A DNA stretch of 64,000 nt from Eledone cirrhosa (lineage: Eukaryota), in NCBI GenBank assembly GCA_964016885.1, contig OZ024741.1, forward strand, positions 362,700,001-362,764,000, in the 5' to 3' direction. Every line of letters starts with the position of its first letter. Positions within the stretch are counted from its first letter, which is position 1. Under the pieces are notes generated by a model, which saw nothing but the letters and a program-made list of their open reading frames with translations, did not search any database and had not been told where the DNA came from. Made by a program: the position numbers and the translations under genes. Shown here piece by piece: positions 1 through 12,625 of this stretch.

Positions 1-1717
1 CATCATCATCATCATCGTTTAAAGTCCATCTTCCACGCTTGCATGGGTTTGGATGGGAATTTTCCCACTTGAAGCAAGATTGGTTGTCTTGCTGGTATAG
101 GACTGTCTGGCGGGTTTTCTACGGCTGGATGCCCTTCCTAACACCAACCACGTTTACAGTGTGGACTGGGAGGTTTTTACCATGTTACCTACACGGCCAC
201 ATTACAGCGTGGACTGTGTTTTTTTTTTTTGTCGTGACACCTACACGACCTCATTTATTTCGAACTGGATGTTGTGGTACCAACATAACTTTACATCGAA
301 AGAGGTGGTGTGGATGGGTGAGGGTGGTGGGACAGGGGTGTATTTTTGTTAGAGGTGCCTACTGACTGTAGGTTTCGCTTTCTACTTAGGCAAGGCGGGT
401 CTTCTGTATTACTGTGTAGCGCCAAAGATCTCAGTCCAGTGACATTGTCTTGGAGAGGTGTAAGTGTGTGAGGTCGGAATTTATCAAGTCGCCCCAGGTT
501 TTTCTGGGTCTGCCTACTCCGTGGCTACCGTCTATTTTTATTGCCCTGCACTTTTTTATACAGCTGTCGTCTTTCATGCGCATCACGTGACCATACCAAT
601 GTAGTCTTCTCTCGAGTAAACAACATCTGATCCCTCTTATTCCTAATTTCTCCCTTAGTTCATTTATGCTTTGCCGTTCACGTATATTACTATTACACAT
701 CCAGCGGAGCATGCAAGCTTCGTTCCTCTCCAGTCTGCGTATATCCTCTGCACACAATGCCCAAGTCTCACTGCCATGTAACATTGCTGTTCGTATGCAG
801 GCATCATACAGCCTGCCTTTCATTTTTAGAGAGAACCCTTTAGCGGCCAATAGTGCTATAAGCTCTCTGAACTTTTTCCATCCCGTTCCGACTCTAGCTA
901 CTGTACTTTCAGAGCACCCTCCACCACTGCTGATTTTGTCACCCAGGTAACGGAAGGTGTCCACTATTTCTATAGAACCATCTGTGCAATGGAATGAGCT
1001 AGTATTCTGTGGGCACTTGCTGCTACTTATTGCACCTGAGCACCAGCCACATATAAAATCTATATTCTTAGTTAGCTTACCTGTGATCCCACTACATCTT
1101 TTATGCACCCATACTTTGCATTTGGGACATTAAATGGAGTTTCTGCCTACTCCTTTCCTACACACTGAGCATAGCCATTTCCCAGATGGGACCGGTGCCC
1201 TATTTTCCTTCCTACAAACTAGAACTTTAGTCTTAGGTTAATTTTAAGGCCTTTTGATTCTAGGCCATGCTTCCATGTTTGGAATTTCTTCTCTAGTTCA
1301 GCCATTGATTCAGCTATGAGCGTTAGATCATCTGCGTATAGGAGTTCCCGTGGGCAGCTGGTCTTCAACTCCTCTGTTATAGCCTGAAGGGCAATAATAA
1401 ATAGTAGGGGGCTAAAAACGGAGCCCTGATGAAGACCTAATTTTACACTAAACTCTTCACTATATTCGTTGTTAATTCTAACCTTGCTGACTGTTTCTTT
1501 ATACATAGCTTGTATAGCTCTCACAAGCCATTCATCAACACCTAGTTTTCTAAGAGCCCACCAGATAATGGAGCGGAGGACTCTGTCAAAGGCTTTCTCC
1601 AAGTCAACAAAAGCTAAGTATAGGGCTTTACTTTTAGCTAGGTACTTCTCCTGTAGTTGTCGTACAATGAAAAGAGCGTCTGTGGTACTTTTACCTGACA
1701 CAAACCCGAACTGCATT
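1..1717 (-). mobile_element. RTE-clade LINE, 5'-truncated copy (RT C-terminal half plus 3' UTR and (GAT)n tail)
   Basis: ORFs 1219-1731 and 431-1108 carry RT motifs QFGF, DLEKAFDRV, HQGSV.SPLLF, YADD and LHGSETW. There is a frameshift and stop near 1130-1220. The (CAT)n at 1-16 is the tail. Very similar to the copy at 22258-24797. Confidence 0.95.
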
Positions 1718-1744
1718 GCATACGCAAACAAGTAATTGTCATCG

Positions 1745-2015
1745 ACTTAAAGTCCAGCAACTTCACCATTTTTCATCTCCTTGATTGCTTCTTTCACCCT
1801 GTAACTGTCAATTTTGATAGTTGGATTAGTTGGGGAGGGAGTGGCAGTCTCCCTACCTCCCATTCATTTTCCACAAAAATTAACCTCTCTGTAGCATTTC
1901 CATGTCTCTCTTTTTTGAGCATCAGTGTCCTTTCAAACACACTTTTCCCCAACAATATCTTAATTCACACTGACACACTGCCTTGCAATGCAGACCACCT
2001 CATGTTTCTGATCTT
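1745..2015 (-). mobile_element. Old degraded RTE LINE fragment
   Basis: Reverse strand reads IKIDSYRVKEAIKEMKNGEVAG, matching IEIDEYRVQEAIREMKNGKAAG of the RTE at 55821-58386. Confidence 0.75.
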
Positions 2016-2512
2016 CATATTTCAAGTACACTACTGCTACAATATTTTATTAACAAAGATGTGACTTTATGAATAAATAACAATTTCTAGATTAATTTTT
2101 AATTCAATTTTTTCATTGATTATAATCAATTGATTAATCTGAGCAGTGATATTAGTTGCTTTCACATTACATTATATTATTGATATCATTGCAATATATC
2201 ATTGTTGGTTTCTTTAATTCCTATTTCATGGTGTATTGCTGTGTGTATTTGGTTTAGAATAGGTATACTGTATCCCAGCATGTCATAGGAGTTGACTAAA
2301 AGTGTTGGAGCCAAGAAGGACATCCAGCCATAAAACATGGCCATAAAAAGGGTCCCATGATGCATATAAAACATGTCATGAAGCCTTCAAGACTAAATCC
2401 TTCTTTCGTAGGGGAAATAGCCTTAAGGTGTTTCTTGTTGAATTTATATTGCATTGTATTGTACCCATTAAGATGGTTCTATTGTGATATAGATTCCCTT
2501 CATTTATATTTA

Positions 2513-2772
2513 TTAACCCTTCTGATACCAAACCACCTGATACTGCCCCTGGTTCTATGATACTACACTGTTTAATTTAAGGTGTTTATATTTAGGTTAA
2601 TATCCGTGGGCTGTATCATATATCTGTCTAAAAAACACTGTAATCATAATTTTCTGCCAGAACTTTTATAAAATTATGTTCCAAGCACCAACTTAATAGT
2701 AAAAAAGTTAGCTATATTACTAAATCTCTTCAAATTCTTGGTTATTTAGAAATATGATATCAAAAGGATTAA
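2513..2772. mobile_element. TTAA-flanked (piggyBac-type) MITE, family 1
   Basis: ttaa-cccttctgatacc ... gatatcaaaagga-ttaa ends. Related copies lie near 4705, 6806, 9058, 50950, 51397 and 60627. Confidence 0.65.
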
Positions 2773-3234
2773 TATCCTTGGACTGTATCATAGTATTGAT
2801 TTCTTTGAAATATATCATCTGAATTATTTGTGGCAATCAGTGAATAATATATTTCCTAATCACTAAATCAAATTGAAGATTTTTTTCATTGAAGAATCAT
2901 TCTGATTTGTATTTGTCATCATTTCCATTTTGTTTAACTATATGTATCCAGTTTAGGATGAGTACATCTTGTGTTATGTAAGAAGCAAATAAAAGAGTTG
3001 GTGCCAGGAAGAGCATTTAGCTGTAAAACCTTTCTCAAAAAGTTCCCCATTTCATGAGGCCCACTAAGCTAATCCCTCTTTTAGTGGGGAAAATGGCCTT
3101 GAAACATGAGTTGTTATTGTATCATTATCATTCTTTTTCATGTTGATATAGGTCAGGTGATTCTGAAAAAATTAGCTTCTCTCCAGTTGCCTTCATTTTG
3201 CATCATTTCAACTACAGAGCTAAATGTTTTTAAA

Positions 3235-3500
3235 TCTGATTCTCTGCCTCCAACCTAGACACTTCAGCCACAAACCCTGGTATTGTGGCCCGCAATGCAG
3301 AGGAAAAGAAGATAAATAAATACTGGGTATTGTCTGGCTGCTTCCTCTTCACACCAGTTGCCATCGAGACCTCAGGCATGCTTGGACCCCGTACTGCCAA
3401 TCTCCTCTGCAAGGAGGGGTGTGGGGCTGTTGCAGCATGTATCACTGGCCATTGTCCGCAGAGCACAGCCCAAATACCGCCATGCCCTAGGTCTAGAACC
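3235..3500 (+). mobile_element. CRE-clade (restriction-like endonuclease) non-LTR retrotransposon 3' fragment
   Basis: ARNAEEKKINKY...FTPVAIETSGMLGP and QHVSLAIVR match the RLE C-terminus seen at 34013-34384. Confidence 0.75.
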
Positions 3501-3984
3501 ATCCCTCTCCCATTCTTCTATGACCCTAGAGCCCTTGCCTTTCCGTTCCGTTTCTGTTTTCATAACTACAAAATGATTAGAGCATCGGATAAAATGCCTC
3601 ACCATTTTTCTAGCTCTCTCTACATTATGAATTCAAGTCCCATTGAGGTCAGCTTTGTTTGTCATCCTTTCAGTGTTAATGAATAAAGTACAGCCCCAGA
3701 GGCAGTGAATTAGTGGAATGAAACAGGATGTTTTGTGGTATCTGATCTGGCTCAATGTATCCTTAGTTCAAATCCTGCCTCCTTCTGTCAGGAGTTGCAA
3801 CTGGCAGATAGTATCAGCAATAGAAACATTGTCTCCTTGGTCCAATCTGACAATCAGCTCCTTTCATTTTTTTTTTCATGATAACCATTGCTAGTTCTGT
3901 CATTAATGGTAAAAAATTTGAATTAAAATTTGCTAATTGTGTGTTAATTTTTACACAGATTCTTTTTCAAATTTGTCTTTTAAG

Positions 3985-4154
3985 AAATTCTATCTAGATT
4001 TGCGACGTCAGCATCATAGCCAAGATTCCACACCAATAACTACTAGACAACTGGAATCTCTAATTCGTCTCACTGAAGCTCGTGCTAGAGCTGAACTCCG
4101 AGAGGAAACCAGTAAAGAAGATGCAGAAGATGTAATAGCTATTATGAAGTATAG
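3985..4154 (+). CDS. MCM8: MCM8 helicase, internal exon (arginine-finger region)
   Basis: ttttaag|AAATTC...TATAG|gtatgt. Encodes [56 protein letters not shown], matching the MCM8 motif [19 protein letters not shown]. Ends in phase 2. Confidence 0.95.
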
Positions 4155-4197
4155 GTATGTTAAATACTCTTAAAAAATATTCACTCATCATCATCCT

Positions 4198-4422
4198 TTA
4201 ACCCTTTCGCATTTAAACTGGCCATATCCGTCCATAATTCTCTCAACTCTTCCTGTTCAAACCGACTGTAATCGGCCGCCCATACTGATATTAAGGTATT
4301 GTTCTCAAAATAAATAACATCAAAATTTGAGATTTGATATTATGTGAGATATTTATGAGGTAAAGCCTTGACCGTGAAAATATAATAGTAAATATAGAGT
4401 AATGTAAATGTTAAAAGGTTAA
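4198..4422. mobile_element. TTAA-flanked (piggyBac-type) MITE, family 2
   Basis: ttaa-ccctttcgcatttaaac ... gtaaatgttaaaagg-ttaa. Homologous copies at 8024-8252 and 42301-42529. Confidence 0.75.
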
Positions 4423-4594
4423 TGTCCTTTCTTTATGATGACATGGATTGAAAAGAATGGCCAGTCTAATAACAAAAACCAGTAAAAGAGGAGATAATTT
4501 CTGAGATGTTTTAGTCACATTAAACCTCCTCTGTTGTATATGTTTACAAGTGGGACAGACATGATAACTCTTCCATATATTTCTTTTGTGACAG

Positions 4595-4679
4595 CATGAA
4601 AGAGACATACTCGGATGAATTTGGACAGTTAGATTTCCGACGCTCACAACATGGATCAGGAATGAGTAGCAGATCACAG
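4595..4679 (+). CDS. MCM8: MCM8 exon
   Basis: gtgacag|C ATG...CAG|gtaaga. Encodes (S)MKETYSDEFGQLDFRRSQHGSGMSSRSQ, matching MCM8 YSDEFGNLDFERSQHGSGMS. Phase is compatible with the previous exon. Absent from the ORF track. Confidence 0.95.
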
Positions 4680-5246
4680 GTAAGAATTTTTTATTTTTCC
4701 TCTTTAACTCTTTTAATACCAACCCACTCAAAACCCACCTCTGGTTCTATGAGACAAAACACCCTATTTTAATGGGTTCCTATTTAGATTAAAATCTTCC
4801 AACATAATTGGCTATAAAAGTCTTTTACAAATACTATCATCATCATCATTTTACATCTGCTTTTCCCTGCTTGTAGTAATAAAATAATTACTAATTTTAG
4901 TAAATCCCTCTAAATTCTTAGTATATTTCATTAGAAATATGGCAACATCTATTTTCCATGATATCATGGGTTTGACGAGTCATTATAGTTCGAGTCCATT
5001 CATATTCAAAGTTACTGCCCTCCTAAGTGGGCTAGGGACTATGTCATACATGTATGTTTCAAAATGTTGGCATGATTTCTATGACTGGATGCTGTTCCTA
5101 ACACCAGCCACTTTACAGAGTGTACTGGGTACATTTTATTGCCACTTAACAATGCATGTAAAACATTTTATACAATATCATGTCTATGGAAAAGTTAACA
5201 TGATGTACTCTAATTACTGAAATCAGTAAAAGAAAATAACAATGTA

Positions 5247-5283
<37 letters not shown>

Positions 5284-5767
5284 GTGTTCGCACACACATC
5301 CCTGCTAACCATTATCACAACAACGAACACTTTACTACTACTACACACACACACACTCACACACATATTTGTTGTGAAAGAGTCATTTCTCAGTCTTGGC
5401 GCAAAATCAATTTTTTACATTCACATGACCTCTACCGACCAATCAAAATTGTTTTGACCACAAGAATTTTTGCAACACGAATTGGCGCAAAAAACCAATT
5501 TTAATAGCGCTGGAGCCACTTTTTTAACATAAAAACAGGTAGAATTCCCAAAACTAATCAGATCAGAGCAAACATCACGGACGCTCTATCTCATAATTAT
5601 TTTTGAAAGGCATTTAGAAATGCGCAACCGGTAAAACTAAAAACCAAAACTGATTACTAACCAAAACTGATTACTAATTCTCATTTATTCCTAATTAAAC
5701 TATTTTTCACTGAACAATTTGTCAGCATTTTCTATTCCGTTTACCAATATATATATATATATATATA

Positions 5768-6077
5768 TTTTGAGTATATGTTGGTTGTATACCTCAGTAT
5801 GCAGATTGGAGCACTCGACGAAGTGCGCAGGTTGGTTTGGTTACTCCGGAGTAATGTAAAATAAAATAAAATAAATAAGTCAAATGTTTAAAATTTGGCT
5901 TCGTTTATTACTGCTATATATATTTCGGTGACAGCCATCTTTGGCTGTGACCTCTTCAGGCACTAATTCGGACTGCCTGAAGAGGTCACAGCCAAAGATG
6001 GCTGTCACCGAAATATATATAGCAGTAATAAACAAAGCCAAATTTTAAACATTTGACTTATTTATTTTATTTTATTT
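5768..6077. mobile_element. Fold-back Penelope-like remnant in an MCM8 intron
   Basis: Near-perfect inverted arms of about 105 bp (5858-5962 / 5974-6077) with an 11-nt loop. Each arm holds a hammerhead core, and the unit is flanked by (TA)n. Confidence 0.75.
5972..6026 (+). ncRNA. Type I hammerhead ribozyme motif
   Basis: ACTGC-CTGAAGA-GGTCACAGCCA-AAGA-TGGCTGTCACC-GAAA-TATAT-ATA-GCAGT. Stem I is ACTGC/GCAGT, the core is intact, and AATAAA follows immediately. Confidence 0.85.
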
Positions 6078-6089
6078 TTTATATATATA

Positions 6090-6170
6090 GTAAAAAATTG
6101 AACGGGAACAAAACAGAGGCAATACGAACAAAGGTTTATTAGTTTCACGCTCTTGAGAGTGGGGTGGTGG
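6090..6170 (-). mobile_element. Extreme 3' end of Penelope family A
   Basis: Near-identical to 15991-16071 and flanked by (TA)n on both sides. Confidence 0.85.
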
Positions 6171-6648
6171 TATATATATATATATAGGATAATGAGCCCC
6201 TTCGGTCACAAATGACCATGGTTTTTGTACCTAGAAACTTCCACTACAAAGCACAAAACTTAGGAAGGTGTTTTTGTGGGAGAAAAAGCTGTTGCCTTAG
6301 CATACCAATTTCCATGCCACCAATGCTATCCAAACCCAGCTGAGTTCAACTTTATCATCCTTCCGAGATTGATAAAATAAGTCCTGAGGTTGATATAATC
6401 GACTTTTCCTCTCTCCTGCCCAAATTGCTGGCCTTATGCCAAGCACTATTTGTTCTGACTCTGTATGTTCATATTCCACCAAAGTTGATTCTGCCTTTCA
6501 TCTTTCAGAGGTCGATAAAATAAAGTATCAGTCAAGTACTTGGGTCAATATAATCGACTTTTCCTCTCCCCCCCCCAAAAAAAAAATTGCTGGCCTTATG
6601 CCAAAATTAGAAACGATTATTGTTATTGGTATTCTATTTCGTTTTCAG

Positions 6649-6738
6649 CACAAGAAATTTATTGCATTGCTCCAACGAAGAGCTGAAAAGACTTACAATT
6701 CAATCTTCACAGTTCAAGAGATGAGAGAGCTGGCCAAG
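6649..6738 (+). CDS. MCM8: MCM8 exon (start of C-terminal winged helix)
   Basis: gttttcag|CAC...AAG|gtaaga, 90 nt, encoding HKKFIALLQRRAEKTYNSIFTVQEMRELAK. Confidence 0.93.
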
Positions 6739-8023
6739 GTAAGATATTTTGATAATTCTCATCAGATTATTCAACATTTTGGTTGATGACTATTCTTTTA
6801 TGTTCATCCCTTTTGATACCAACACACCTAAAACTGTCTCAACTTTAATGATACAAAACTACCCATTTTTACATGTTCATAATTAAATCAAAACAGCCCA
6901 TCATAATGTTAACTCAGAATATTTTTGTTAAGTTATATTCCAAACACTATCTAACTAAAAACAAAGTTAGTTATTTACTAAATCCTTTAAAATTATTTAT
7001 TATATTCATAATTACTTGGAAAACATAGGTAGTATATCTCATTAGGAATATGGTAATGAAAGAGTTAAATACATGTATTTGGGGAAACAAAGTTTAAGAT
7101 TCTGCTTAGTAATGGCCACTCTCCTATGGGTTTGGTTCTGATGCCTGAATTTCCATGTCATATATCATGATAAGGTATTGGCCTTACATATCAACAGAAG
7201 GTGTTTGCCTTACATCTCAAAGTAAGGGCTAGCTTTGTTGGCGACAGTAACTATATGACTGTGAAACATGGAAAGACATTATCTGTGATAATCACAGTAA
7301 AAGCTGACTTTGTCGTTCTTGATACATGCTGACCTTATGGATCCTAGAAAAAATGTTGCTGTAGAGGGTCCTAGCAAGTTGTAAACTTGTGAGTCATAGA
7401 ATTACATGTCACAAATGTATTAATATTTACTTGTCTTTCATGTAAAGATAATACAGCTAATGTTGTCTCTAAATCATAACACACTTATCTCTAAATACTA
7501 AATGTTTATTTATAAAACTAAATATGAAGGCATGTAGATAGGATATTAGACTCAACATCATAAAGTCAAGGGTTCAATTCCTGGACCAGGTGGCACATTA
7601 TGTCCTTGAGTTTCATTTCATGTTGCTGGGGGGGGGGGGGGTGAATACCAGTAGAAGCAACTGAGGGTTAACTTCTGCAATGAAGAGGTAGGGGGAGGGG
7701 GCTTTTCCTGATAAAATTGGAGGCTCTGTTATTAGTTGGCAAACTTATAGGAGGCCAACTAAACCTACATAGGAGTGAGTTGTTACAACAACATCAAAGT
7801 GAATTACATACAATATCAGTCAGTTTATTTACCAGTTTTGATAATAATTAGATGAGGGAGCTTCTATGTGGTTGCTCAATCTGCTGGGAATAATAGCTAA
7901 ATCTCCCTCAAATCACACTAGTACTGTCTTAAAAATGTAAAGACTCATTGATTAATGTAATCCTAGATATAAAAAATGCCTTTAGCATTTAAACAGTTAG
8001 TTAGATGGTGTTTGGAATATAAC

Positions 8024-8252
8024 TTAACCCTTTAACATATAAACTGACCGTATCTGGCCAGAAATCTCTCACCTATTTCTGTTCAAACCAGCTGTAACTG
8101 GCCACTCATACCTACATTAAGGTATTGTTCTCAAAATAAATAACTTCAAAATCTCGTACATTTGATATTATGTGAAATAATTATGTAAGATAAAGTCTTT
8201 ACTGTGAAAATTCAATAGTATATATAGAATAATGTAAATGCTAAAGGATTAA
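8024..8252. mobile_element. TTAA-flanked MITE, family 2
   Basis: Homologous to 4198-4422, with TTAA at both ends. Confidence 0.75.
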
Positions 8253-8597
8253 TCATAGATCTGCTTGTTCAGAGTTGACATGGAGCTAAACAACAATGAC
8301 GTTAGACTAATTATGATGGATTCTCCTTCAATTTCCATGATGACCATTTAGTTGTTCAATTAACTGTCAAATTTATGAATTAACATGTAAGGGGTTGAGT
8401 ATTCCTCAGGCATATGTACCTTTAACATAATTCCCAGATTGATCCAACATGACACAATATATAATAAGGCTGAACCATTGAATTACAGGTACAATCCACC
8501 TAACATTTGTACATTATTCTATGTACTATACATGTATCTTTGATGAGTTGTAGTGCACCTGAGCACTGGACACAATAATTTTCACTATTATTATTAT

Positions 8598-8786
8598 ACA
8601 AATTGGCAGTATCGGTAGAGGGTCGGACGCCATGCTTTGACGCATAGAGTTACGGCCCTTGCCATTCTGAGTTCAAATTCCGTCAAGGTTAACTTTGCCT
8701 TTCATCTTACGGGGTCGATAAAATAAAGTACCAGTAATGCACTGGGGTAATAGCTGGCCTTGTGCCAAAAGTAGAAACAATTATTA
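8598..8786 (+). mobile_element. tRNA-derived SINE family M (MetaSINE-like core)
   Basis: A-box-like tggcagtatcgg and B-box gagttcaaattc. Core gttaactttgcctttcatc..ggggtcgataaaataaagtaccagt, tail gtagaaacaatta. Further copies lie near 6330-6625, 11400-11590, 20868-21168, 25597-25801, 27717-27808, 34585-34950, 35190-35480, 36120-36470, 41959-42094, 53298-53470 and 61780-61965. Confidence 0.85.
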
Positions 8787-9467
8787 TACAAGCTTCTATA
8801 CAATTTCCATCTACCCAATTTTATTCATAAGGCTTGGGTCAACTGAATGGTAAAGATATTTGTCCAAGATGTCACATAGTGAGATTGAACTCAACTCAAG
8901 ACCTCATGATTTTGAAGCGAACGTCTTAACCATTCATCCATGCCTGTGTCTAGACTAACTATATAACACTGCAAAAGACACAGTGTATTTGTAACCCACA
9001 CAACTTGAGGCATTATAAAGTTAAATTCCTCACTAAAACTATCAATACCCAGTATCTTTAACCTTTTTGATATCAAACTGCCTGAAACTATCCCTGGTTC
9101 TATGTTATAAAATTATTTGTTTCAAAGTGTTTATATTCATATAAAAACCTTCCAACATAATTTTACATAGGAACATTTAAGTTATGTTCCAAACACCACA
9201 TAAATAATGGGAAGTTTAGTTGTATTACTAAATCTCTTCAAATGTTTGATAACCTTAGACAGTGTATTGCATTGAAAATATGGTAAAAAAAGAGTTAGAC
9301 ATTAGAAATATTAGTGGAATGCTTTGTTTGTTGATAACTAACAGAGCCCCCAATTGGAAAGTCGAATTGATTAGATTGTCTTCCAGTATTTTATCAATCC
9401 CAGAAGAATAAAAAACAAATGCATTGATTTTTTTTTATCTAATTCTACATATTTCTCGTTTATACAG

Positions 9468-9581
9468 GAACTCAATCTTCAGATGGTTGACTTTGATGGT
9501 TTCTTGAATTCACTGAATAATCATGGTTACCTCTTAAAGAAAGGGCCAAAAGTCTATCAGCTACAAGTTGTGGATTATTGA
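9468..9581 (+). CDS. MCM8: MCM8 terminal coding exon
   Basis: tttatacag|GAA...TGA, encoding ELNLQMVDFDGFLNSLNNHGYLLKKGPKVYQLQVVDY*. This matches the MCM8 C-terminus LNDQGYLLKKGPKVYQLQ. Confidence 0.95.
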   Translation, partial: ELNLQMVDFDGFLNSLNNHGYLLKKGPKVYQLQVVDY

Positions 9582-12123
9582 AGCATTTATTACACCCAGT
9601 GAAGGCATGTGGCTTGGTGTTTAGGGTGCTGGGCTCATAATGAGTTCATTCCCCTGACTAGGCAGTACAGAGTATTCTTGAACAAGACACTTTATTTCAC
9701 ATTGTTCCAGTCCATTCAGCTGGAAAAAAAATGTGTTGTGACAACAATGGTGCAAATTTGTATCAACCTTTCCCTTGGACAAAATTGGTGTTTCAGAGAG
9801 GGAAGATTTGAGTGCTGGTACCACCAACACCACAACTTAATGTCTTAACTATCTCTATTTTCAGATGTTATTCTCAACTTTTGTAAAATAGTTGACCTAA
9901 GCATGGCTCTGTGATTAAAGAATTCACTTCGCAACCATGTGGTTTCAAGGTCAATTCCACTGTGTACGATCATGGGCAATTACCTACTGTAGCACACTGT
10001 AAATGTAGTTGACTTTAGGAAAGGCATCCAGCCATAGAAACCAAACCAGAAACAGTTCTCTGTATGAGCAAGACATGGTCATCTGATCTGGCTTGTCTCA
10101 CAGCAAGACAACTCATCCAACCCATGCTAGCATGCAAAAATGGACATTAAATGGTGATGATGGTGTAGCCTCAGGTTGACTAATGCCTGATTGGTGAAAT
10201 TTGGTAGACAAAAACTGTGTGTGTATGTGTTTTCATGTCTATTTATGTCCCGTAACTTAGCAATTTGACAAAAAAAGATTAATAAAATAAATACCAGACT
10301 TGAAAATAATAAGTGCAGAGGCTAATATGATTAACTAAATCCCAAATTTCACTCACAGAGCATTGGTCAACCCCAGCCTATAGAAGGCTATACTTTCCCA
10401 ATGTACCATTCAGTGAGAGTGAACCTAAAACCACATGGTTGTATAGTTCTTAACCACATATCCATGCCTGTACCTATATTTGCATTTTTTTCTAAAATAG
10501 TACGATGGCATTTGGAAATTCCTATCATCTTCAAATCTGATGATATTGTTACAATTTCATATTCTAAACAAATCTATTTCCTGGACATAAAACCATTTAT
10601 CAGTTTGTTGTAAATAAAATAAGCTCTGTATTTATGAGTCACATTTTTTGGTTCTTCAAATAACATACTACTTTATACACTAATATATTGCTTCAAACAA
10701 ACTACAACACCCTCTTATCACAAAACTGTTTGTTTTAAAGTTTTTATATCTAAAAGCCTTCCATCATAATTTTATGTAAGAACTTTTTTAAGCTTAATAA
10801 TGAAAGAGTTAATTGTGTTACTAAATCCCCCAAATTCATGATTATTTTCAGAATTGGTAAGAAAAGGGTTAAAATATTTATATGGCAAAAAAGCACCCAG
10901 TACTCACTGTAAATGAGGTTGGTCTTAGGAAGGGCATCCAGCTGTAGAAATCAAACCAGAATTGCCGTCCCACCCTTGCAAGCACGGAAAAGCGGACGTA
11001 AAATGATGATGATTATATATATATATATGCTTTTACTGGTTCAATCATTAGACTTTGACTATACTGGAGTACTACCCTGAAATAATTTAGTTGATCATAT
11101 CAACCCTAGTATTTATTCTAAGTCCAGTACATGTTATTGATCTCTTTTTGTGAAACTGTAAATAGAAAATACTCATACATGAAGGGCTGCATAGTTTCCA
11201 TCTACCAAATTTCACTCACAAAACACTGGTCAACCCAAGGTTATAGTAAAAGACACTTGCAAAGTGTCTTGCAGTGGAACTGAACCTGCAAAAACCAGAC
11301 AGCTATCTCTGCACTTATATATATAATCAGATAGGGTGTAGTAAGAACCAGTTAAACCATAACCCACCAGAGTACTCAATACTTGGGGTATTAGAGTGGG
11401 TAATAATTGTTTCTACTTTTGGCACAAGGCGAGCAATTATCCCAGTGCATTACTGGTACTTTATTTTATCAACCCCTTAAGGATGAAAGGCAAAGTTAAC
11501 GTCGGTGGGATTTGAATTCAGAACGTAAAGGGCCGTAAATCTACTACAAAGCATGGCATCCGACCTTCCTCCGATACTGCCACTGACACTTTAGTTCGGA
11601 TCTAGCTGTCGAAACAGCCAGAGCTCAGCCATCGGGGTCCTGAATCTTTTCATATATATATATATAAAACAAGCATTGCATATATGTAGCCAATCTCTTG
11701 GATTGAGAGGGAAAGTTAATATAAAAGGTGGTGTGCTCCTGCATGGAGATACTATAAAACAAGGTGTGAAAACCCTTAAAGACAGGATAAAGTTGCCATC
11801 AGCCACTATACATATATATATATATATTCACACACACACACATATATATATATATAAATTTATATAGTAGCAGCAGCACCATTTAATGTCTGTTTTCCAT
11901 GCTAACATGGGTTGAATAGGTCATCACAAATCAAATCGATTACTGTCCTCACAGGCAGGCCAGGGGCCACATCTCCCTTACACACATTCCTGTACTGGGT
12001 GTATTACATTGTTGCACCAGTACTACTAAAGAGATTATCATGCCTTTAACACAACTGAAATGTCCTCTCTGGCAAATTTTCTACAACTGGATGCCCTTCT
12101 TACCTTTCCTAACACCATATATA

Positions 12124-12202
12124 TACAGGGTGTCCCAAAAGAGTGTATATACACTTCAACATAAATATAATCAAAGTGTGTATATATTTTTAGGACACCT
12201 TA
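12124..12202. mobile_element. Tiny Tc1/mariner-type MITE
   Basis: ta-cagggtgtcccaaaa ... ttttaggacacct. A second copy at 55540-55621 has cleaner TIRs. Confidence 0.7.
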
Positions 12203-12299
12203 TATCATCACCATTACATGTGCATTTTCCATGCTAAAATAGGTTAGACAAGGTGTCGCATTATGAGACAATTCAGATCGAGTGAATTGTCTTGCTCAT

Positions 12300-12625
12300 A
12301 CAAAACTGTTTCTGGATAGGTTTCTATGGTTGAATGCTCTTCTTAACACCAACCACATTTACAGCGTAGACTGGGTGCTTTTTATTGGGGTACCAAAATG
12401 ACCAACTGACAGGTTGGATTGGGTACTTTGTCATACAGGGTGGGTTGGGTGCTTTTTGTCATGTCACCAACACAACCACTTTACAGGGTGGATTGGGTAC
12501 TTTTTCATTGTGTACCCAGCATAACCACCTTACAGGTTAGACCGGGTGCTTTTTGTCATGTCACCAACATGACCACCTTACAGAGTGCTTTTTGTTATGT
12601 CACTAACACAACCACTTTATTGTGT
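12300..12625 (-). repeat. Degenerate ~43-bp tandem module array derived from the SINE/RTE 3' region
   Basis: Repeated units of ctgggtgctttttgtcatgtcaccaacacaaccactttacagggt. The same module occurs in the RTE 3' UTR and in the family V SINE body. Confidence 0.7.

Noticed and set aside
3937-3984. ORF-track N-terminus of the MCM8-like ORF
   Set aside because: Intronic polypyrimidine tract; homology starts after the AG at 3984.
12300-12625. Regularly spaced ~43-bp repeats superficially like a CRISPR array
   Set aside because: Degenerate tandem units with no unique spacers, homologous to the SINE/RTE 3' module; eukaryotic context with no cas genes.
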